Position numbers and translations under genes: made by a program. A stretch of 25,167 nt of DNA from a virus (lineage: Duplodnaviria > Caudoviricetes). The notes under the pieces were generated by a model. The model had not been told where the DNA came from, did no database searches, and saw only the letters and a program-made list of their open reading frames with translations. The stretch is from IMG/VR virus record IMGVR_UViG_3300028594_000059, positions 1 to 25,167 of that record. One strand, 5' to 3'. Of the stretch, positions 17,843 to 24,496 are shown one piece after another. Position 1 is the first letter of the stretch. Each line of letters opens with the position of its first letter.

Positions 17843-19048
17843 GTGAATAATAACCCTGAACAAAAGAATCTGAAACGAGCGAATCATGACATTGCTCCAC
17901 AGTATTATGATGAATCAAGAAAAGAATATCGTTATACACGGGGAGATCGTCAAGGAAGTTTTGTCACGGATAAAGAAGCGGTCAGGAAACTCGAAGAAAT
18001 AAGGGTGAAGATTGAAGAAGCAAGTGAGCAGGATGGCGAAGAAGAATCAGATGAGATTGTTGCTGAAATCCTTGAAGATATTAAAGCAATCTTTGAAAAC
18101 AAACCTTCCACTCAATCTGTTGCTGATGAAAATGTAAAATCGACGTTAGATGATCTGTACCAGTATCTTGAAAATCATGACGCTGTGAGCGTATTGAACT
18201 CCATCGAAAACTATCTCCAAGGTCGATTTCCTGTGGACTACAGCGATCGTCCTATTTTAGTGCGGACGATTAATCCCGAAGATGATGATTCGGAATGGGG
18301 GTTTGTGACTGAGGGGGAGTTTGAAGAGCATACAGGGAACGATGATCGCCACAAAACTCAGGATGATCGTGATGCAATCTCGTCGGTGTCAAGGAAAGCG
18401 AATCAATCAGATTTCAATTCTTTAATTACAAGGATTGGTCAAAATGATGATTTAGAAACTGATGAAAAGAACACTATCATAGCAGCTATAAATGGATTGT
18501 TCCAAAAAACTAAGACGCATCAGGACGATGAAACGAAGCACACTACTCAAGCGGAAAAAGATAAATTGTCCGGAATTGAGTCGGGAGCGCAAGTAAACCA
18601 AGTAGATAGCGTAAATGGGCAAACGGGTGCGGTGTCTGTTTCTAAAAGTGACGTTGCTCTTGGAAGCGTGCAAAACTATGGAATTGCTACACAATCACAA
18701 GCGGAAGCGGGCACAGAAAATAATGCGTATATGACTCCGGTGCGTGTTGCAGAAGCGATTGAATCGAGCGAAAAATATTTTGTGATAGGAACTTTTACAG
18801 GCGACCAAAACTCTAATCAAACGATTGATGTTGGTTTTGAACCTTCGGCGGTATTAATACAGAATTATCAACGCAACAGTGATGGATATTTTGATAATGG
18901 ACTAGTGACAGCTGAACGGCCTCTTGCTCAAACAAACATAAATGAAACGTCTTTAGTGGAAGTTCGTAGTAACGGTTTTTGGGTGAGCAGCGCAAATTCG
19001 TCATTTAGCTCTCACAGACAAACTTATAGTTATATCGCTTTCAAATGA
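17843..19048 (+). CDS. Tail fibre/receptor-binding protein candidate
   Basis: Fibre-like motifs EKDKLSGIESGAQVN, VDSVNGQTGAV, ATQSQAEAGT.N..YMTP.RV; C-terminal GTFTGD..IDVGFEPSAV..YSYIAF head domain. Confidence 0.75.
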   Translation: MNNNPEQKNLKRANHDIAPQYYDESRKEYRYTRGDRQGSFVTDKEAVRKLEEIRVKIEEASEQDGEEESDEIVAEILEDIKAIFENKPSTQSVADENVKSTLDDLYQYLENHDAVSVLNSIENYLQGRFPVDYSDRPILVRTINPEDDDSEWGFVTEGEFEEHTGNDDRHKTQDDRDAISSVSRKANQSDFNSLITRIGQNDDLETDEKNTIIAAINGLFQKTKTHQDDETKHTTQAEKDKLSGIESGAQVNQVDSVNGQTGAVSVSKSDVALGSVQNYGIATQSQAEAGTENNAYMTPVRVAEAIESSEKYFVIGTFTGDQNSNQTIDVGFEPSAVLIQNYQRNSDGYFDNGLVTAERPLAQTNINETSLVEVRSNGFWVSSANSSFSSHRQTYSYIAFK

Positions 19049-19068
19049 AGTGAGGAGGGAGTAGACAT

Positions 19069-19413
19069 ATGATTGTGAATGAAGAGGGAGGAAAACAAAC
19101 TAGGTCGGATAAACCTAATGAAAACTGGATGGGTGAAGGGTGGTTTGCTGTACCAGACGGGTCTGATCTAGCAAAAAAGATTGAAAAAAACTACCCTTTT
19201 TATGACCTTGTTATCGAGGGCGATATCCTTGTTGATATCGATCTGTGGGATCAAGAGCGCATCGACGAGTATAAAGAAGAAAGGCAACAAGATGAGCCTC
19301 CAACAACCGAAGAAAAAATAAATCAATTACAAGCGGACTTAGACACCGCAATCATCGAACTCTCAACAGTCATCGCAATGCAAGGAGGAACCGCCGATGT
19401 TTACAAAAAATAG
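19069..19413 (+). CDS. Probable tail fibre assembly chaperone (XkdW-like position)
   Basis: Follows the fibre gene; C-terminal PPTTEEKINQLQADLDTAIIELS coiled coil. Confidence 0.65.
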   Translation: MIVNEEGGKQTRSDKPNENWMGEGWFAVPDGSDLAKKIEKNYPFYDLVIEGDILVDIDLWDQERIDEYKEERQQDEPPTTEEKINQLQADLDTAIIELSTVIAMQGGTADVYKK

Positions 19414-19531
19414 TATCGTTGTGCGAACATGGGTAGATGCAATAAAAAAGGGTGAAAAATCCATTGAAGAAGTTCCTGCTCTTTCTAACCTCATCGACGT
19501 TGTTTCTAATATTATTAACGAGGGTGATTAA
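19397..19531 (+). CDS. 44-aa CD1375/XkdX-like small protein; absent from the ORF track
   Basis: SD AAGGAGG before ATG 19397; MFTKNSIVVRTWVDAIKKGEKSIEEVPALSNLIDVVSNIINEGD*. Confidence 0.8.
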   Translation: MFTKNSIVVRTWVDAIKKGEKSIEEVPALSNLIDVVSNIINEGD

Positions 19532-19532
19532 G

Positions 19533-19679
19533 ATGTTTAATGAAGATTCGATCATTGTCAAGACGTGGTTTACTGCTGTCCTTTCTGGTGTGTATTCGTA
19601 TGAGCAAGTTCCACATCTATTAAATCTTAGGGAAGTTGTTGGACAAAAACTAACCGAGATCGGATTCGAAATCGAGTAA
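19533..19679 (+). CDS. 48-aa CD1375/XkdX-like small protein, paralog of the preceding gene
   Basis: SD GAGGGTGA before ATG 19533; MFNEDSIIVKTWFTAVLSGVYSYEQVPHLLNLREVVGQKLTEIGFEIE*. Confidence 0.8.
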   Translation: MFNEDSIIVKTWFTAVLSGVYSYEQVPHLLNLREVVGQKLTEIGFEIE

Positions 19680-19712
19680 GACGTATCCCGGCCATGATGC
19701 GTCGTAGTTAAA

Positions 19713-19735
19713 ACACCTGAATAGGTGTATTTTTT
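19713..19735 (+). terminator. Terminator after the fibre cassette
   Basis: ACACCT-GAAT-AGGTGT followed by ATTTTTT; a second hairpin GACGTATC..GATGCGTC lies at 19680-19703. Confidence 0.6.
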
Positions 19736-19758
19736 ATGTCCGAAAGGAGTGACCACCA

Positions 19759-20190
19759 TTGTCCAACCCATACACGCAACCGCTCCGAAGATCAAACGGA
19801 GATATAATCCCACAGTATTGGGACGAATCCGAACAGGAATACGTAGTATCCCGCGGAGATCAAGACGGATACTACGTCAAAGATCAATCTGCCATATCAG
19901 CAATGAATAACATCATCAGTATTATTCAGGATTCAATGGAACAAGGCAGACATGACCCGATTGTAGCGGATATATTGCGATCGATTGAAAGTTATTTAAA
20001 CGATCAGCCGGATGTGCGGCAGGTGCATGATGAGCTGAGTTATGATGAGCTGGTGCGGATTAATGATTATTTGCAAGATCAACTGAATACGATTTACGAA
20101 CGGCTCGAATCGATTGATACGTACCTTAAAGAGAGATTTGAGAAAACATTGTGGGATGAACCTATCACTGTGAGGGTGGTTGAGGAGTAG
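19759..20190 (+). CDS. Stand-alone paralog of the tail fibre N-terminal domain
   Basis: Aligns by eye along its whole length with the first ~145 aa of 17843..19048; SD AAAGGAGTGA before TTG. Confidence 0.8.
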   Translation: MSNPYTQPLRRSNGDIIPQYWDESEQEYVVSRGDQDGYYVKDQSAISAMNNIISIIQDSMEQGRHDPIVADILRSIESYLNDQPDVRQVHDELSYDELVRINDYLQDQLNTIYERLESIDTYLKERFEKTLWDEPITVRVVEE

Positions 20191-20210
20191 TGTAACATAT
20201 CAATCAGAAT

Positions 20211-20279
20211 AATCAGTCTTTTATGGTATAATGTAGTTAGGAGGATTAATCTCCTTACTACATATGCGAAAGGCTGATT
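20211..20279 (+). promoter_or_regulatory. Extended -10 sigmaA promoter embedded in a long imperfect inverted repeat
   Basis: TGGTATAAT 20224-20232; inner arms ATGTAGTTAGGAG / CTCCTTACTACAT; outer arms AATCAGTCTTT / AAAGGCTGATT. Confidence 0.7.
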
Positions 20280-20282
20280 TTG

Positions 20283-20630
20283 ATGCTGGAAAAAATCATA
20301 AACGAGAAGTATCCATACGCGTTAATTCCAAATTACCTGAATGAGCGTAACTTTTATGAAGCGGCAAGAACTTCAGGTGCTTTTGATTATCAACGAATGT
20401 ACTTGAAAAATGAAGAGGAACTGGTTATCCCTTTCCATTTTAATTATGAACTTGAGGAAAATAAAGAGATTCTTCTGGAATTTAAAAATGAACTTAATGA
20501 GCGTGAAGATAAACCGATGAAGGTGATAGCGCCATTAGATCATGGCGAAATAGAAATTTTGCTTTTAAATTCATGGAAATTGGAAAATGGCCAAGTTATT
20601 AGTGATGATTGGGAGTATTTAACCTCGTAA
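20283..20630 (+). CDS. Hypothetical moron protein (115 aa) inside the tail module
   Basis: AT-rich ORF with its own promoter; no recognisable virion motif. Confidence 0.75.
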   Translation: MLEKIINEKYPYALIPNYLNERNFYEAARTSGAFDYQRMYLKNEEELVIPFHFNYELEENKEILLEFKNELNEREDKPMKVIAPLDHGEIEILLLNSWKLENGQVISDDWEYLTS

Positions 20631-20648
20631 TAAGGCAGGTGATCCCCC

Positions 20649-21851
20649 ATACAAAATTTAAACCGTAACGGCTTCACCACAGAACAAGTCAGAAACATCC
20701 TCCACGGGAAATATGGAAGCCGTATTCTTTCCTATCGTTATGATGTTCTAGACGAAAACGACGAACGAATCGGAGATGTGACTGATCTTGTAATAGCAAA
20801 TGAATCTGAAATCACACTGGATTCAGAAACGGAAATACACCGCTCTGCAAATTTTAGAATCCGTGACACCGGAGAGATTGATTTTCTCCGTGAACGAATC
20901 CAACCGTGGGCGAGGGTACGAATAACGCAAGGACGAGTGGTTCATTCGGAGCGATCATTTCTCTCTCCCACACAGACAGTGCAAAATGAGAAAGACAGAC
21001 GACCACCTGAACAATCAGGTTACGCCGAGTTCCCGCTTGGCGTTTTTCTTTTGTCTACGCCAGCGATTGAGTATCAGGGGAATGTGAGATTCAGGCAGAT
21101 TGACGCTTACGATAAATTGCAAATTTTGATTGATGACGGCTTTACCACACGGTTTGTTGCGGATGAAGGGGAGGTTATTACGGATGTTGTTCGTAGGATT
21201 TTACAAGATGCGGGGATAAGTAAAATCAACATCGAACGAACCGATAAAACATTGCCCACATGGTTGGATTGGAACCCAGACGTAAGCCGTCTTGAGGTGG
21301 TCAATGATCTGCTAGGAATCATAAATTACGATCCTCTCTATGTGGATGAGTATGGATACTTTGTCAGCAGACCAAGCAGAAACCCAAGTGAGAGATCAAC
21401 GGAATACACTTATGAGACGGATCATCTATCCATCATCACACCGGGCGCAAGAGCGATTGAGGATTTTTTCAATGTGCCTAATGAATGGGTGGGAGTGGTG
21501 AGTGAGCCGGATCGAGTCCCGCTGACTTACGTTTACCGAAACGAAAATCCCGACAGCCCCACATCCATCCCGAACCGTGGAAGAACATCCACCAGTTATA
21601 TTGATGTGGATGCAGCAGATATAGACGCGTTGGAAGGAATTGTTGAAAAGCAAGCGTTTGAGGATAGTCAGATATATACGGAGATGGAGTTTTCCACGGT
21701 TGTCATGCCGCACCACTCACACAATGATGTTTATAGAATTAGGCATGATAAGTTAGGTATAAACGCACGTTTTCAAGAAATCTCATGGACGATGCCGCTT
21801 GCTCCGGGTGCAGAAATGATACACCGCGCAAAGCGGATCATTAGGATGTGA
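20649..21851 (+). CDS. Tail hub (Tal/gp27-like) protein, 400 aa, apparent ATA start
   Basis: The frame extends 43 codons upstream of the track start: (I/M)QNLNRNGFTTEQVRNILHGKYGSRILSYRYDVLD; SD AAGGCAGGTGA 20632-20642 lies 6 nt before ATA 20649. Hub-like motifs: FPLGVFLLSTP, IDAYDKL, LYVDEYG.FV, VPNEW, SPTSI..RGR. Confidence 0.75.
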   Translation: MQNLNRNGFTTEQVRNILHGKYGSRILSYRYDVLDENDERIGDVTDLVIANESEITLDSETEIHRSANFRIRDTGEIDFLRERIQPWARVRITQGRVVHSERSFLSPTQTVQNEKDRRPPEQSGYAEFPLGVFLLSTPAIEYQGNVRFRQIDAYDKLQILIDDGFTTRFVADEGEVITDVVRRILQDAGISKINIERTDKTLPTWLDWNPDVSRLEVVNDLLGIINYDPLYVDEYGYFVSRPSRNPSERSTEYTYETDHLSIITPGARAIEDFFNVPNEWVGVVSEPDRVPLTYVYRNENPDSPTSIPNRGRTSTSYIDVDAADIDALEGIVEKQAFEDSQIYTEMEFSTVVMPHHSHNDVYRIRHDKLGINARFQEISWTMPLAPGAEMIHRAKRIIRM

Positions 21852-21855
21852 AGTT

Positions 21856-22116
21856 ATGGAATTGATAAATATAATTAGACGTGAAATTGACGAACGCATA
21901 TCCGGAGGTAGGCGTAGAAGGAAACCACAGGAGCATGTAATGGCCACTGTCTCCTCCCACAGCAGCAGTGGGGTGATGGTGACATTTGACGATGGCGGAG
22001 AAGCAGTGGGGCCTTATCGCAGACTGGCGACATACAGTCCGTCAGAGGGTGACCGGGTGATGCTGGCACGTGTGGGAGTCAGAAATAAGTATGTGGTGCT
22101 TGGGGAAGTAGAGTAG
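21856..22116 (+). CDS. Small OB-fold-like tail tip protein
   Basis: ATV..V.VTFD..Y.P..GDRV.L.RVG..YVVLG pattern typical of spike N-terminal OB domains; follows the hub gene. Confidence 0.65.
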   Translation: MELINIIRREIDERISGGRRRRKPQEHVMATVSSHSSSGVMVTFDDGGEAVGPYRRLATYSPSEGDRVMLARVGVRNKYVVLGEVE

Positions 22117-22123
22117 GGGAAAC

Positions 22124-22247
22124 GGGGATAGTCGTAGTCTATCCCCTGCACTGCACCGACAGGGTGACGATGCAGTGTACTAAATAATGTACCCCGCCCA
22201 GAAATATATAAACAGGGGAATAAGCCCTAGTCGATTGCGAGGGTTAT
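22124..22247 (+). promoter_or_regulatory. Structured intergenic leader before the lysis genes (three hairpins, sigmaE-like promoter match)
   Basis: GGGGATAG/CTATCCCC 22124-22146; TGCACTGCA/TGCAGTGTA 22147-22179; GCCCT/AGGGT 22224-22244 covering the RBS; TAAATAAT-N14-AATATATA 22181-22210. Confidence 0.5.
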
Positions 22248-22249
22248 GA

Positions 22250-22546
22250 ATGGAAGATGAAAATATGGAGGTATGGAAGGAGAAAGTACAGCAGGATATA
22301 AGTGATGTCAAGAGACGTCAAGGAGAGAATGAGTCGAAGTTGAACACTGTGATTAATGACGTACATCGGTTGCAAGTATCGGATCAATTGCAAGATGAAA
22401 AGATTGAGTCAATGAGGAAAGCGTTGGATAATATCCAGTCGGACACTCAGTGGATCAGGCGTAAAATCACAGGGGCAATCATAACCGCAACCATCACAGC
22501 AGTTGTTGCGGGTGTCATTGGAATTGCAATATCAAGAGTTTTTTAG
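22250..22546 (+). CDS. XhlA-like lysis accessory protein (coiled coil plus C-terminal TM)
   Basis: DTQWIRRKITGAII..TM signature directly upstream of the holin. Confidence 0.8.
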   Translation: MEDENMEVWKEKVQQDISDVKRRQGENESKLNTVINDVHRLQVSDQLQDEKIESMRKALDNIQSDTQWIRRKITGAIITATITAVVAGVIGIAISRVF

Positions 22547-22559
22547 GGAGTGATTTATT

Positions 22560-22844
22560 ATCAATAAAATTAACTGGAAAGTACGATTTAAAAACCCTTT
22601 GTTCGTCGCCCAAATTGTGGCGGCTATTTTTGTGCCTATTTTGGCTTACTTTGGTATGTCAGCTCAGGATTTAACGTCGTGGGGGGTTTTAGGCGGGATG
22701 TTGTGGGATGCGGTGAGTAATCCATATGTGCTTATGACAGTAGCAATAAGTCTGTATAATGCTGTCACTGATCCTACCACATCTGGTAATAAGGATAGCA
22801 GTGTTGCGCTCAGGTATAGCAAGCCTAAAAAAGAATTGAGGTGA
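22560..22844 (+). CDS. Holin, phiLC3 family, 94 aa, apparent ATC start
   Basis: The in-frame upstream extension gives the family N-terminus (I/M)NKINWKVRFKNP; C-terminal DPTTSG.KDS..AL.Y.KPK; SD AGGGAGTGA 22545-22553; in-frame TGA at 22551 excludes any upstream ATG. Confidence 0.88.
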   Translation: MNKINWKVRFKNPLFVAQIVAAIFVPILAYFGMSAQDLTSWGVLGGMLWDAVSNPYVLMTVAISLYNAVTDPTTSGNKDSSVALRYSKPKKELR

Positions 22845-22849
22845 TATAA

Positions 22850-23557
22850 GTGTTTCGGAGGTTATCACAGCTTGACGATATTCGTGGCAGTTTACCAAGA
22901 AACGGCAGTTACGGACAACGGAATTGGTCACAAATCAACGGCATTGCAAGGCATCACAGCGCCACCACAAGCGGTGATGCTTTTACTTTTGCCGATTGGC
23001 ACGTGACAAACCCTAGCGGCAATCGTTGGCCGGGCGTAGGTTATCATTTTGTTATTACTCGCGATGGTACAATCCAATGGTCCAACAGCGTGAATCGAAT
23101 CAGTTACCACGTCGGCAACAACAACAGCCGCATTATCGGTATCTGTCTCGTCGGAAATGGATCATTTACGGACGCGCAGGAACAATCATGGATAGAGTTG
23201 GTGCGTGCGCTTAGAAATAGTGATGGATTGAATATCTCGATTGAAAATATCAAAGGGCACAACGAGTATCCTGGTCACGCTTGGAATCAATGTCCGGGTA
23301 TCAATATGGACACTGTGCGCTCCAGGATACGAAATTCGCCTGAAATTAAATCATCAAAGGAGGGGCCGAGAATGTGGGAGCCAACAAGCCGCTCTATCAA
23401 GGATGGAGCCGTCAAAGCAATGGAAGAAATGACCGACAAGGACAAATACGGTAACGCCGCAATCGGACAAGATTGGGTTGACAAGGCTAAAGACGGAGAA
23501 CTCACGCTTGACGATGCGGCCGCGTTGGGTATGTATATTGCGCGGCATAGCAGATAG
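22850..23557 (+). CDS. Endolysin, N-acetylmuramoyl-L-alanine amidase (Amidase_2/T7 lysozyme-like)
   Basis: HHSAT, GYHF, SYHVG, GICLVG, KGHNE and QCPG motifs plus a short C-terminal helical domain. Confidence 0.93.
   Translation: MFRRLSQLDDIRGSLPRNGSYGQRNWSQINGIARHHSATTSGDAFTFADWHVTNPSGNRWPGVGYHFVITRDGTIQWSNSVNRISYHVGNNNSRIIGICLVGNGSFTDAQEQSWIELVRALRNSDGLNISIENIKGHNEYPGHAWNQCPGINMDTVRSRIRNSPEIKSSKEGPRMWEPTSRSIKDGAVKAMEEMTDKDKYGNAAIGQDWVDKAKDGELTLDDAAALGMYIARHSR
23372..23557 (+). CDS. Internally initiated endolysin C-terminal domain (61 aa)
   Basis: AAAGGAGGGG 23356-23365, 6 nt before in-frame ATG 23372 at the domain linker. Confidence 0.65.
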   Translation: MWEPTSRSIKDGAVKAMEEMTDKDKYGNAAIGQDWVDKAKDGELTLDDAAALGMYIARHSR

Positions 23558-23569
23558 TGATATAGTAGA

Positions 23570-23615
23570 GACAACAGAACCCGCCAAGCCTCTCACTGAT
23601 GCGGAATTGGCGGGT
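23570..23615 (-). terminator. Hairpin after the lysin, possibly the terminator of the minus-strand operon
   Basis: Perfect 9-bp stem ACCCGCCAA 23579-23587 / TTGGCGGGT 23607-23615; a weak U-rich tail exists only on the minus strand (TCTGTTGTCT). Confidence 0.5.
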
Positions 23616-23621
23616 CGAGTA

Positions 23622-23650
23622 TTGACAAACGAATGAATTATCTATAAATT
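23622..23650 (+). promoter_or_regulatory. SigmaA promoter
   Basis: TTGACA 23622-23627, 17 nt, TAAATT 23645-23650. Confidence 0.75.
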
Positions 23651-23656
23651 GGAAGT

Positions 23657-23722
23657 GTGAGAGTGCCCTTGACATAGAACATCAGGGGAAACTAGAGGCC
23701 ACGCTATTACGGCGTGGCTTTT
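23657..23722 (+). ncRNA. Candidate small RNA of about 65 nt
   Basis: Lies between the sigmaA promoter and a terminator (AGGCCACGCT/GGCGTGGCTT then TT, 23696-23722); internal hairpin CCCTTGA/TCAGGGG 23666-23688; no SD-led ORF. Confidence 0.6.
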
Positions 23723-23724
23723 AC

Positions 23725-23871
23725 TCATTTAAACAGCCTGCCCAGCCCGCGCCCAGTCGCCTTGCCCGCAATCCTGCGCCCGATTCTGCGACCAACGTGG
23801 CCTTTCTTAACCGCGTTAATATCACCGAGTATTTTCGCCAGCGTATATAAAAATCCGCGGAATTTATTCAT
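23725..23871 (-). CDS. 48-aa highly basic, Gly/Arg-rich peptide
   Basis: SD GGAGGTGG then ATG 23871, overlapping the end of the AP2 gene; MNKFRGFLYTLAKILGDINAVKKGHVGRRIGRRIAGKATGRGLGRLFK. Confidence 0.8.
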   Translation of the reverse strand: MNKFRGFLYTLAKILGDINAVKKGHVGRRIGRRIAGKATGRGLGRLFK

Positions 23872-24331
23872 TGGTTCCACCTCCCGGCAAGTGTTTCTTT
23901 TCCAAATATAATCTACCATTGTAATAAGCTTCTTCTGGCGTTTTAAACCCTGCTTTAAAGTATTTCTTACCCTTAACCGTAATCCAAGCGCGATAGCGCA
24001 CCTCTTGAGATTTGCGAGTATAATATTTGCTCACGCCCCTATAACCCGTGGAGCTGTCTTTGCGTGGTTCTTTGCCCTTAAACAGCGGTTTAACTACACC
24101 GTCAACACGTTTATCGTCGTATTGGCGTCTTAGATTTTCTTGTTCTTGCTCGCCCTTCAGACAGCCACATGACTTCGTTTCTCCCGTGGTTAAATAGATT
24201 CCTTTTACGATGACTTGATTTCCACAGTCGCAATTGCAGAGCCAAGTTAGCCTTCCATCGACTGTATCTGCCTGCTCAATAACTTCGAGTTTGCCGTAAC
24301 ACTTTCCGGCGAGGTCGATTTTCTTAGGCAT
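23864..24331 (-). CDS. AP2-domain DNA-binding protein with Cys-rich N-terminal module; no HNH core
   Basis: IDLAGK.YGKL.V..WLCNCDCGN..TKSCGC plus AP2 motif STGYRGVS..YRAWITVKGK..GFKTPEEA; ATG 24331 overlaps the end of the upstream gene. Confidence 0.85.
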   Translation of the reverse strand: MPKKIDLAGKCYGKLEVIEQADTVDGRLTWLCNCDCGNQVIVKGIYLTTGETKSCGCLKGEQEQENLRRQYDDKRVDGVVKPLFKGKEPRKDSSTGYRGVSKYYTRKSQEVRYRAWITVKGKKYFKAGFKTPEEAYYNGRLYLEKKHLPGGGTNE

Positions 24332-24482
24332 TGCCTTGATTCCTTTTTTCAAAATCCTCTACATACTCCCTGATTGCTTGCATAATCACATGACTACGAT
24401 TAAGTCCGTCACGATCAAGAGCTTTATCAAACCTTTCAATCAGAGCGTCTGGCACTCGTACTTGCACAGTTTTGTTTGCCAT
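24324..24482 (-). CDS. Ribbon-helix-helix (CopG/Arc-like) regulator, 52 aa; absent from the ORF track
   Basis: SD AAGGAGGT then ATG 24482; MANKTVQVRVPDALIERFDKALDRDGLNRSHVIMQAIREYVEDFEKRNQGNA* has the alternating beta-strand and G.NRS..I..AI.EY pattern. Confidence 0.85.
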   Translation of the reverse strand: MANKTVQVRVPDALIERFDKALDRDGLNRSHVIMQAIREYVEDFEKRNQGNA

Positions 24483-24496
24483 AAAAACATACCTCC

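Noticed and set aside
17843-19048. Diversity-generating retroelement or invertible cassette acting on the fibre
   Set aside because: No reverse transcriptase, invertase or near-identical nucleotide repeat is visible; the paralogy is diverged and N-terminal.
23660-23692. sRNA hairpin ending in GGGGAAAC as a solitary CRISPR repeat mimic
   Set aside because: Only the terminal GAAAC resembles a repeat, and I cannot match it to a repeat family. It would need comparison with the host CRISPR repeats.
23669-23697. Second TTGACA inside the sRNA
   Set aside because: No -10 box at 16-18 nt spacing.
23714-23911. Plus-strand 65-aa ORF downstream of the sigmaA promoter
   Set aside because: It starts inside the terminator stem, has no convincing SD, and is antisense to the better-supported basic peptide gene.
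23864-24331. AP2 gene as an active free-standing homing endonuclease
   Set aside because: It has the accessory modules typical of such enzymes but no visible HNH catalytic motif.
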